This document shows positions 55,475 through 64,000 of a stretch of 64,000 nucleotides of DNA, in pieces. Source of the DNA: an uncultured virus (IMG/VR IMGVR_UViG_3300046003_004339) (lineage: Duplodnaviria > Heunggongvirae > Uroviricota > Caudoviricetes); the IMG/VR virus record IMGVR_UViG_3300046003_004339. One strand, 5' to 3'. The notes beneath the pieces are model-generated. The model had not been told where the DNA came from, did not search any database, and was given only the letters and a program-made list of their open reading frames with translations. How positions within the stretch are numbered: the stretch's first letter is position 1; each line of letters starts with the position of its first letter. Both the position numbers and the translations under genes were made by a program.

Positions 55475-58400
55475 TTAGCCGATATTCAGTTTTACTCTAG
55501 GACTTATAGTACTTTGCGAACCGTCAGACAGCAATACATATTTTCCACCACCATATGCAAGTGCGCCCCAATATTGGTTGTATCCAGTTGTTGACGGAGT
55601 CCAAGATATAGCATCCGTTGATGTGAATACGTTATATCCGTCGCTTGCATACCAACTGCTTGCCACGAACTTCGTTCCATCATATATTATCTTACTCACT
55701 GAAACATAAGAACTGGTTGATACATAACTGCCTGTCCAATTGATACCATCTGTAGAAGATACCACAAAACTGTCATCGTCTGAGGTCATGACAAACTTGC
55801 CGTTTGCAAACACAACATCGTTGTACCAATAATCTGGCAGCGAGGATGAGTTCCAAGTCACAGCATCAGTCGAATACATTCCTTTGTCACATGTGTTTTG
55901 AATACCTAATTTATTATCATCGTTATTACCAGTAGCTAGCACAGTTCCATCGTTTTTGATGATATACGTGAAATTGGATCCACAATATACTTTACTTACA
56001 TTGGTTGCTGATAGAGTTGGAACATCATAGCTGGTATAATTACCAACTCCAAGTTGTCCATCTCCGTTTGTTCCCATGCTATATAGTGTACCATCATTTG
56101 CTATAAACGATGCATAACCCCCTCCAACCGATACTTGACTGACACTTCCAGATATCAAGACTGGAATTAGTTGATCGGTATAATCTGCGCCAATTCCAAG
56201 TTGACCATTTGCGTTGGATCCTATTCCCCATAATGTGTTGTCATTTTTGATATAGTATGATGTTCCATTGGATACTGCACAAGATACGACATTTGTCTCT
56301 ATGAGATAGGATGATGTTTGATCGACGGTATCACCGGTTCCAAGTTGGCCGTTCGCGTTGCCACCAATACCATACAAGTTTCCATTGCTCTTGACATACA
56401 ACATTTGGTCGGAAGAAACGGACGCCTGAACAACGCTTGTGTCCAATTGGATTGATGCTGTTACATATGAACCATATGCAGACCCAGTCAGTTGTCCGTT
56501 ATAGTTATATCCCATACCCCACAATGTGTTGTCATTCTTGATATAAACTGTGGTATATGTAGAATATGGTCCGCTAAACGATTGCGATACATTTGTGTCT
56601 ATTTGAATTGGGTGCTTTCTTCCAATGCGGGTTCCGTCTCCAAGTTGTCCGTTATAGTTGGCTCCCATAGCCCACAATGTGTTGTCGTTTTTGACAAATG
56701 TGGTGTTGTATTCACCACATGCCACATTTCTTACATTTGAAACAATTGGAACAAACTTTATGAACGTGTTAAGTGAACTATCCAATCCAAGTTGACCATC
56801 GTTGTTTTCGCCAACGCCATATAATATGCCGTCTTTCAGCACCGTGGCATAAGTACTTCCAAGTGAAATATAGCTTGCTGTGTTTCCATCAAATGTTACT
56901 GAGAATTGATTTTTATCTCCATACGTGCTGTAAGTACCGTAACCAGTTGATATCACGTATGTTCCGTTGCCGTAAGCAATGCTTGTATTGTATACGGGAA
57001 ATGCCGGAATTTGTTCTGCCCAATCGATTCCATTTGATGATGTGACTATTCTGTCTTCACCAACGGCAATGAACTTACCATTGACATACCTTACTCGGTT
57101 TAGATCGTCATAGTTTGTGTTGTTCAACGAACCTGTTGTCCAAGTAATACCATCACTTGATGTAAATACTTCCGGTCTACCGTCGTTGTATCCGTCGGAC
57201 ACATTCGAAACAGCAACATATGTATCAGTTCCATTATATGCTATACCAGAAATTCCAGATTGCACATTTGTAATAGAACCGGTTGTCCAATTTTTACCGT
57301 TTGCGGAATATCTGATATCTGTGTGTCCCTCGCCGCCACCAGCAATAAATTTTCCATCGGCGTATATAACATCGTTCCAGTAAATTTCATCGGTGCCAGA
57401 GTTGTCGGAGAAATTAAATTTATCCGTGCCATCAGTTGTCCAACCTGTTTGGTCTGTATAATACATATTGAATGGAAGTACATAGTTGCCCAATTGCCAG
57501 TAATCGTTGTACCCCATTCCATACAGAGTTTTGTCGCTCTTGATATATAAACCATATTGATTTCCACCGACGGCGTATGTTACATTTGTATCTATGACGA
57601 TTGGCTCAATGGTATTGTTCTGGTACTTGTCACTGAGTTGCCCAGAATTTCCATTGCCCATGCCATACAATGTGCCGTCATTCTTGATATAGTATGTGAA
57701 ATATCCACCACCACCAACAAACTTTACATTTGTGTCAACAAATTGTGGCACAGATACATTAAAGTCATCATATCCATACGATGTTCCAAGTTGGCCATTT
57801 CCGTTATTACCAAATGTATATAAATTACCACTTGTGTCAATATATGCACTATGATATCCCATTGCTGCACATGATGCTACGCTTGATGTGATTTCATATG
57901 GATTATCCCAATTGAACGAAGAACTTACAGCAGATTCGATACCCAACTGATTATAAAAATTGCTTCCGATTCCCCACAGTGTGTTATCATTCTTGATATA
58001 CAACAAGTGACGACCACCTCCAGAAATAGATTTTACATTGCTTGCTATTTCAGTAAATATGGTTGCGCCCAATCCAAACGTTTCATCTGTTGATACCCAC
58101 ACAGTGTTATCGCTCATATGCAATGCGCTGTAATACTGACCGGCCACGATATTTGTTATTGTACCAGAACCTGTGATGTCACCTTCGAGCACTGTTTGTG
58201 TCCATACAGTATAATCACTGAATTCACCATTTCCAAATGTTCCATTTCCGCCATCTCCGGTAAACCAAAGAGTATTGTCGTTCTTGACTGCGCCAGCAAA
58301 CCCACCAAAACCTTCGCCGCCGAAACTTGCTACACAACTTGATGCTGCGAGTTTAACATTCGTGAGTGACAAGCTTGCAGATTGACGATAACTGGTATAT

Positions 58401-58831
58401 CCTACACCAACTTCTCCGGTACTATTATAGCCCATAGACCATAATTGGTTTTCGGCATTTAGCACATAACTGCTATGATATCCCGCCCAAGCGCCAATGA
58501 TGTTTCCAATAGTCGGAAGAATGATTTCCTTCGCAAAAATTGACTTTGTTTTACTCAACCGAGTCCATCCATTTTTACTATTTCCCTCGCCAGTTTTCAA
58601 CCAAGTTTCATTTGGAGTAGAAAAAGTTATTGTTTCTTGTTTTAAAGTGGGATACCAGATCTCATTTTTATAGTGAATTGCGAAGGATTTTTTAGAAATG
58701 ATCAATTTTTTTACAGTGCCATTTGTAAATAAAAAGAAATTTTCTCCTTCTCGTAAGAAGACGCTGCCTTTTGGTGCTATTACTATATTCTCCGGGTTTG
58801 AACTTGATAGTTGGCTTGTTGAATTACTCAT
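55475..58831 (-). CDS. large RCC1-repeat plus SxDGxxW beta-propeller protein, putative fibre/receptor-binding protein
   Basis: Many K.D.TLW.MG.N..GQLG repeats; S.DGI.W repeats; shared N-domain. Confidence 0.85.
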   Translation of the reverse strand: MSNSTSQLSSSNPENIVIAPKGSVFLREGENFFLFTNGTVKKLIISKKSFAIHYKNEIWYPTLKQETITFSTPNETWLKTGEGNSKNGWTRLSKTKSIFAKEIILPTIGNIIGAWAGYHSSYVLNAENQLWSMGYNSTGEVGVGYTSYRQSASLSLTNVKLAASSCVASFGGEGFGGFAGAVKNDNTLWFTGDGGNGTFGNGEFSDYTVWTQTVLEGDITGSGTITNIVAGQYYSALHMSDNTVWVSTDETFGLGATIFTEIASNVKSISGGGRHLLYIKNDNTLWGIGSNFYNQLGIESAVSSSFNWDNPYEITSSVASCAAMGYHSAYIDTSGNLYTFGNNGNGQLGTSYGYDDFNVSVPQFVDTNVKFVGGGGYFTYYIKNDGTLYGMGNGNSGQLSDKYQNNTIEPIVIDTNVTYAVGGNQYGLYIKSDKTLYGMGYNDYWQLGNYVLPFNMYYTDQTGWTTDGTDKFNFSDNSGTDEIYWNDVIYADGKFIAGGGEGHTDIRYSANGKNWTTGSITNVQSGISGIAYNGTDTYVAVSNVSDGYNDGRPEVFTSSDGITWTTGSLNNTNYDDLNRVRYVNGKFIAVGEDRIVTSSNGIDWAEQIPAFPVYNTSIAYGNGTYVISTGYGTYSTYGDKNQFSVTFDGNTASYISLGSTYATVLKDGILYGVGENNDGQLGLDSSLNTFIKFVPIVSNVRNVACGEYNTTFVKNDNTLWAMGANYNGQLGDGTRIGRKHPIQIDTNVSQSFSGPYSTYTTVYIKNDNTLWGMGYNYNGQLTGSAYGSYVTASIQLDTSVVQASVSSDQMLYVKSNGNLYGIGGNANGQLGTGDTVDQTSSYLIETNVVSCAVSNGTSYYIKNDNTLWGIGSNANGQLGIGADYTDQLIPVLISGSVSQVSVGGGYASFIANDGTLYSMGTNGDGQLGVGNYTSYDVPTLSATNVSKVYCGSNFTYIIKNDGTVLATGNNDDNKLGIQNTCDKGMYSTDAVTWNSSSLPDYWYNDVVFANGKFVMTSDDDSFVVSSTDGINWTGSYVSTSSYVSVSKIIYDGTKFVASSWYASDGYNVFTSTDAISWTPSTTGYNQYWGALAYGGGKYVLLSDGSQSTISPRVKLNIG

Positions 58832-58881
58832 ATTTTATAATAATTTAATATATTATAAATATAAGGTTGTGGCAAATACCA

Positions 58882-59142
58882 TTAATTTTTCATCAATTGA
58901 TCGCCAACATATTGTTTTAACTCTCGAAGGTCTTTTATTTCCAATATTACCTCATCTCCGTATGGTCTGCCGTGCTTTAATATATACAATATGCACTTGA
59001 TTCTATATTTCCAAGAAGGTTTGGTTGTATATCCTCGTTGCCAAAATGATATATACCACATATCATCCTCATGATCTTTTTCAACATGAAGTTCGTGACT
59101 ATGACAAGAGCATGTTAGATGCAATTCATTATTTTTTATCAT
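58882..59142 (-). CDS. conserved phage hypothetical protein
   Basis: CSCHSH...W..RIK....I...G.PY.DEVIL. Confidence 0.7.
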   Translation of the reverse strand: MIKNNELHLTCSCHSHELHVEKDHEDDMWYISFWQRGYTTKPSWKYRIKCILYILKHGRPYGDEVILEIKDLRELKQYVGDQLMKN

Positions 59143-59183
59143 AAGTTATTATGCTTCACACGATGAAAAAATTAAATGTGTGT

Positions 59184-60485
59184 TTAAACTAGACTCGCCT
59201 GTATAATTCTCTCCGGGTCTCCGCCACTCTGAGTGATTGTCCACACTTCGCCAGTTAACGCGCTGGTAATTATAGTGTCGCCCGGAGAAGCATCCATTGC
59301 ACTAAACTTCGCGTGTACTTCCTCAAGAACATTACTTATCCATGCCTCGTATATCCTTCCTGATAACAATTGTATGTTTCCGTCAACGTTTCTACCCAAT
59401 GACACTATCTGCGTAGTTCCCGATATTGGTTGTGTAATTGTGGCTTGTTGTGTTCCAATTTGCGTCCAATTATTACCGTCTGTGCTTTGGTAGAAATTCA
59501 CGGTGCTTTGTGAACTTCCATTGTTTACATCAAACTGCATCCGTAACCAACCATCGGTATTGTTTGTTAAAGAGATTGCTGCGTTTGACGTTAAATATGG
59601 CCCCGCACCATTCCACCAAAAAGTAGTAACTCCGGATGGGTTGATTGTCCAATGCCATTCTCTGCCGGTCGTTCCCCATTTACTAATGAGTGTCTGGTAT
59701 CCGCCATTGGCATAACTGGTGGCTCTCAATTTAATTCTTAAATCCAAATCCACAGCGCGAACTGCCGAACTGTCGGGAGTGGAGATTCCATTGGTAGAAG
59801 TACCCGGAACATATAAATAATTTACAAATGACGGAGTAGCCGTTGGTGTTGGCGTTGGTGTTGGCGTAGGAGTCTGCGTCGGTGTCTCGGTTACCGTTGG
59901 TGTTACGGTTGTAGTAACGGAAGGCGTCACCGTAATTGTTGGCGTAGGAGTCTGCGTCGGTGTCTCGCTCACCGTTGGTGTTACAGCGATGGACGGAGTC
60001 GGTGTCTGCGTCGGTGTCTCGGTTACCGTTGGTGTTACGGTGGAAGTAATGGACGGGGTTATCGTAGTTGTCGGCGTCGGTGTCTCGCCTACGGTCGGAG
60101 TAGGCGTCTGTGTCGGGGATAACGTGGGAGTCGGAGTTTGGGTAGCAGTCGGAGTCAATGGAATTTTTTCTTCTACCGCCAATGGCTTGTTGCTCACATA
60201 TTTCCAACCATTCATGCTCGACGCATATCCGACCTTTTTCCATAATTCTGTTGTATATTTAAATACGATATCGGAATCTCTCGCGGTCGCATACCATATT
60301 TCGCCGGAGTATGCGGCAACAAACTTTTTCTTGGGAACGTCTATTCTGCGCCTCGTTGCTCCCTCTATCAAGAAAAACACGTCATTTCCAACCCTGTAAA
60401 AATAAGTGCCACCGCTGGCGGCTATTACGTTTTCTGGATTGGATTGGTCTAACTCGATTTTTCGAGTGAGCGGCGAGAATTTCAT
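59184..60485 (-). CDS. putative virion accessory protein: shared N-domain, long PT linker, LamG/ConA-like domain
   Basis: TP repeats; LISKW, FY.S.DG..W.Q.G, SLG...LSGRIYE. Confidence 0.75.
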   Translation of the reverse strand: MKFSPLTRKIELDQSNPENVIAASGGTYFYRVGNDVFFLIEGATRRRIDVPKKKFVAAYSGEIWYATARDSDIVFKYTTELWKKVGYASSMNGWKYVSNKPLAVEEKIPLTPTATQTPTPTLSPTQTPTPTVGETPTPTTTITPSITSTVTPTVTETPTQTPTPSIAVTPTVSETPTQTPTPTITVTPSVTTTVTPTVTETPTQTPTPTPTPTPTATPSFVNYLYVPGTSTNGISTPDSSAVRAVDLDLRIKLRATSYANGGYQTLISKWGTTGREWHWTINPSGVTTFWWNGAGPYLTSNAAISLTNNTDGWLRMQFDVNNGSSQSTVNFYQSTDGNNWTQIGTQQATITQPISGTTQIVSLGRNVDGNIQLLSGRIYEAWISNVLEEVHAKFSAMDASPGDTIITSALTGEVWTITQSGGDPERIIQASLV

Positions 60486-60535
60486 GTATATATGATAAAT
60501 ATAAACCCAAGGTCAATTTATCATATATTGAGTTA

Positions 60536-60829
60536 TTATAACTTGGGTGTTATTTTGTCTATTTCGACAACTATACTTTGAAGAACCTTTTTTCTCGCAT
60601 TCATTACTGTGTCATACTTGCGCATCCTTTTTATTTTATCGGATAGCAACCGGTCAAATTTTTCTTTCTGAACTTTGTACACAGCCATCACTTTTTCTTT
60701 CTCCGCGCTGTAGTCGGAAATCTCCAATTCTACTTTCTCTCTCCATTGGTTTAATAGAATAAGTTTCTTTTCTTCGGTGATTTCTTCACTTGGGTCTATT
60801 CTCACCGATTGAGTTGGTTCTTCGCTCAT
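60536..60829 (-). CDS. hypothetical coiled-coil protein
   Basis: ORF. Confidence 0.6.
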   Translation of the reverse strand: MSEEPTQSVRIDPSEEITEEKKLILLNQWREKVELEISDYSAEKEKVMAVYKVQKEKFDRLLSDKIKRMRKYDTVMNARKKVLQSIVVEIDKITPKL

Positions 60830-60830
60830 A

Positions 60831-61367
60831 TTAAATGCTCCCCGTCGTTGGACTATTATACGCTATCTCATCTTCATTTCCTATTTTAAATGTTTTTCTA
60901 CATCCAAATGGGTTATTGACATACAAATAATAACAATTGTAGCAAATTAACTCTACATTTTCCCGCAATTTGTTTTTCGCATTTCCGTCGATATAATTAA
61001 GCAACAACGGAACTTGATAGTCCGAGATTCTTTGTTCACTGAACCCACACTTATTACATTTTTTCTCGATTCTGTTGCATCGCAACATTCTGGTTTTCAA
61101 TCGGTTGGTTGAATAGTTTGGAAATTTTCCCTCCAATATCTGATTCAATGGGTATTTACCGGCATCTTCGTTGCGAACCGGCTTATTAGTTCCCTTTCCC
61201 GCCGCGTTCGCACATCTTCCATATAATCCGTACATCTTTGCATATTTTCTGTATGTCATGAATGACACGCCAAGTTTTCTTCCGGCCTCTGCCTCTGTCT
61301 TACTTATACTTTGAGCGGCCATTATCTCACTCTCAAGCAACATTCTTTTTGGTCTTCCGTTTAACAT
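60831..61367 (-). CDS. HTH plus degenerate HNH/Zn-finger protein
   Basis: AGRKLGVSFMTYRKYAK; CNKC...LNYIDGN..N...N...ICYNC. Confidence 0.7.
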   Translation of the reverse strand: MLNGRPKRMLLESEIMAAQSISKTEAEAGRKLGVSFMTYRKYAKMYGLYGRCANAAGKGTNKPVRNEDAGKYPLNQILEGKFPNYSTNRLKTRMLRCNRIEKKCNKCGFSEQRISDYQVPLLLNYIDGNAKNKLRENVELICYNCYYLYVNNPFGCRKTFKIGNEDEIAYNSPTTGSI

Positions 61368-61369
61368 AA

Positions 61370-61630
61370 TTATACAGTTGAAATTGGATAGGTCATGGAT
61401 TCTTTGCTATATGGTATCATTATAAAATCACCGACGTCTTTATTATCAAAACAGAAAGATTCCGTCTCGGTCCATATAAATGTATATCCCTCACATTCAT
61501 AATACGCACATCTACTAAATATTTTTGCACCAACGCCTTTTATGCTAATATATACATGCTCACAATATTCTTCCGGGAGAAGGTTTGCTCCCCAATCTTT
61601 GAGTAGATATGTAGATTGTTTTTTTGTCAT
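61370..61630 (-). CDS. hypothetical protein
   Basis: MTKKQ start avoids overlap. Confidence 0.55.
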   Translation of the reverse strand: MTKKQSTYLLKDWGANLLPEEYCEHVYISIKGVGAKIFSRCAYYECEGYTFIWTETESFCFDNKDVGDFIMIPYSKESMTYPISTV

Positions 61631-61631
61631 G

Positions 61632-61988
61632 TTAGAATGAGTATCCAATGGTGTCATTGGCCAAATCTTTTCCATCGGCACTCTTTTTATAATTTTCTCT
61701 CAAAGTCTCGGCCAGAACATATTGTCCTATATTCAACAAACATAAATACGCGTTTACCATTGCAATTTTTTTCGCCGTCTTTGTTTTTCTAACTAGGAGC
61801 ACAGCCCCCAGATTCAAATTCTCGTCGGTTTTTACTTCCGCCATTTGCTTTTCTATTGCGAGGGTGCCCGCTTCGAATAATTGTGACCGTTCGTCGTCAA
61901 ATATTTCTGGGTCCATGGAAACGGAGTGTTCCCAGTCTGGACCTTCCACAAAAAAAGTTATCAATTTTTCTTTACTCATCTTAATCAT
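61632..61988 (-). CDS. hypothetical protein
   Basis: ORF. Confidence 0.65.
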   Translation of the reverse strand: MIKMSKEKLITFFVEGPDWEHSVSMDPEIFDDERSQLFEAGTLAIEKQMAEVKTDENLNLGAVLLVRKTKTAKKIAMVNAYLCLLNIGQYVLAETLRENYKKSADGKDLANDTIGYSF

Positions 61989-62077
61989 ATATATTAGTTA
62001 ATAGCAATATTACTGCGATATGGTCGGTCTGTCAACACTTAACGAGATTTTGTAGATTATATAGTGGATAGTTATTT

Positions 62078-63736
62078 TCACGGCACTTCAAATATTTCGG
62101 ATGATGATTGGAGGTCTCCGTCGTTTATTAAATCCAAGTTGTTAAGTTTCATCTTCAATTTATCACATACTTCCTCCTCTACTGTGTTCGCAACAAATAC
62201 AATTTTTTGAAGGCTCTTAGTCTTTCCTCCCTGCCTCCACACTCGACCGAGACATTGCTTCAATATGACCGCCGATGGGTGTGGTGATATTAATGCTATT
62301 CGAGGATAATTCCCATTTAGGTCATGTAAACTTACCCCAGTGCCACCGGCTGCGCTATTCAATATGATGACCCGTCTTCTGTCGCTCTGGAAGTTTTCTA
62401 TATTAACATCCCGCTCGTTTCGTTTATTTTCTCCCCATACTATACAGTCGGTTCCAAGTCTCGTAGATAATGCTCTAACCGTCTCACTGAAACTCACAAA
62501 TATAGCCACGGACATGCCGTCTTCTAGTGCATCCTCGGCCATTTCTACGAACAATGGTACCTTTGTAAGCTCCGCCCGTTGCCTAGCCCTCAATTGAATT
62601 ACCATTGCGTTAACTTGGTACTCTTTAGTATTTTTACATTGTATTTGTAGAGCCTTCAACTCTTTTGCCATATCCTCATATATTTCCTTCAACCCCTTTT
62701 CGGATTTTTCGTCTATATTATATGACTCGGCCATCACATCGCAGTCTGGGAAGTCTTTTATCTCTTCGCGCTTGATTCTCACTCCCCGATCCATAAACAA
62801 ATCTCCGTGCAATTTTTTCAGCGCCATTTTGCTACCATTGAACTCCCATCCAAATCTACCTTTTTCGCAATCGTGGTCGCGCAGGAACGAAGTCCACTTT
62901 CCGGTTTTGTATATACCAAGAATTAGCCCCACAGTTTTTAATTCTATGGGATTTATCGCGTTCGTTGCGCTACAGCATAATATTTTGTATCCTTGTTTCT
63001 TTGCCGCCAACGCTATCTCTGAATTTTGGGTACCATGCCCTTTTAATCTATGACTCTCGTCAAAAATGATTAGTGTGTTCTTTGGAATGTTCCAGTGGAA
63101 ATATTCTCGGCTACTGATTTTACTCACATGCTTCCACACACCAATTTCTTTATATTTGCCAGTTTTTACCGACTCGTAGTTTAATATAAATTCCGATTTG
63201 AGACCGAAATGCTTGGTTATTACTTTCTTCCACGCCGATATAACCGCCTTCGGACACACGACCGCGATTTTCATCCCAAGTTCTCTTGCAACTGCTACCG
63301 CAGAGTAGGTTTTCCCACTGCCGGTATCCGACCCATCCAACGCAGCACCATGCCGCGAAATAGCTGCACACAATTTAGAAACAGATGGAATCTGGAACTC
63401 GTGTAACCCCGATACGTTCTTTAACTTGTACTCGGGAAGCGTACTCTCGGTTTGAATTTTAAGTTGTTCCGTCGAAGCTTTGTTATCCCGCCCAAAGTTC
63501 TCTCGAAATTCGTTTTTGTTGGATTGCCACTCGCTGATAGCCCATAGCCCAGCATTGTTTTTACCTATACTATATCCTTGGGACTTTAGTACTGTCTTGT
63601 TTGCATTCCAGAATATAAAAAATCCTTCAAGATAGTCTTTTGGTATAGCCCAAGACCGTAGCCATCTTTGGCCATATTTCGTGGACACTTTAATTGGTGT
63701 AGACCAATTAATAAGAAGCTTAGACTTCTCGGACAT
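62078..63736 (-). CDS. superfamily 2 (SNF2-like) helicase with N-terminal extension
   Basis: DTGSGKT, FDESH, SAT, AGGTGVSL, QCLGRVWR. Confidence 0.9.
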   Translation of the reverse strand: MSEKSKLLINWSTPIKVSTKYGQRWLRSWAIPKDYLEGFFIFWNANKTVLKSQGYSIGKNNAGLWAISEWQSNKNEFRENFGRDNKASTEQLKIQTESTLPEYKLKNVSGLHEFQIPSVSKLCAAISRHGAALDGSDTGSGKTYSAVAVARELGMKIAVVCPKAVISAWKKVITKHFGLKSEFILNYESVKTGKYKEIGVWKHVSKISSREYFHWNIPKNTLIIFDESHRLKGHGTQNSEIALAAKKQGYKILCCSATNAINPIELKTVGLILGIYKTGKWTSFLRDHDCEKGRFGWEFNGSKMALKKLHGDLFMDRGVRIKREEIKDFPDCDVMAESYNIDEKSEKGLKEIYEDMAKELKALQIQCKNTKEYQVNAMVIQLRARQRAELTKVPLFVEMAEDALEDGMSVAIFVSFSETVRALSTRLGTDCIVWGENKRNERDVNIENFQSDRRRVIILNSAAGGTGVSLHDLNGNYPRIALISPHPSAVILKQCLGRVWRQGGKTKSLQKIVFVANTVEEEVCDKLKMKLNNLDLINDGDLQSSSEIFEVP

Positions 63737-63951
63737 TAATTCCCGTTCACACCTTTGCTTTTCTGAAATGCGTTCGCTTGAAAGATGTTCGTTTTAACTG
63801 GCGTAGAACCTCCTCGGATTACTCCAATATTAAAATATTGTTCCATTTGGTCGTAAAATGCTCTGCCTGTCTGTTCATCTCCGCCATGACCCAAGCTCTC
63901 TACGTTATTCATGAACTCTTTGCGAGTTTGATTGAATTGTCTAGAACACAT
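63736..63951 (-). CDS. hypothetical protein
   Basis: TAATG coupling to the helicase. Confidence 0.55.
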   Translation of the reverse strand: MCSRQFNQTRKEFMNNVESLGHGGDEQTGRAFYDQMEQYFNIGVIRGGSTPVKTNIFQANAFQKSKGVNGN

Positions 63952-64000
63952 ACCCTCAAGGTATGCTATAACTTTTGGAACGGCGTCGAATAGGTATACT

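Noticed and set aside
1..64000. Alternative genetic code
   Set aside because: Conserved genes are full length under the standard code, and TAA, TGA and TAG all act as stops

Overview
A 64-kb segment of a large, AT-rich lytic tailed-phage (jumbo-phage-like) genome using standard stop codons. Most genes are short, minus-strand hypotheticals, each behind its own copy of a sigma70-like promoter whose -35 box lies 34-36 nt before the ATG. Recognisable genes are ssb, two SF2 helicases, an ATP-dependent DNA ligase, thyX, an NAD+ salvage pair (nadV and an NMNAT-Nudix fusion), heme oxygenase with a PcyX/PcyA-like bilin reductase, a Thermotoga-type tRNase Z, two metallophosphoesterases, GIY-YIG/HNH/DUF559-like endonucleases, an Aah/TibC-like heptosyltransferase beside a PEP-CTERM protein, and a block of fibre-like genes. 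There are three tRNAs (Ile-UAU, Arg-UCU, Met-CAU), a tRNA remnant and several candidate structured RNAs. The most unusual locus (45.8-49.4 kb) has 11 overlapping mini-genes built from Q-L-x-x repeats, in three blocks around a repeat-less DUF6745-like gene and a His-rich partner. The PEP-CTERM tail suggests an exosortase-bearing Gram-negative host, possibly Verrucomicrobiota (inference). All family calls are motif recognition by eye, not database searches.
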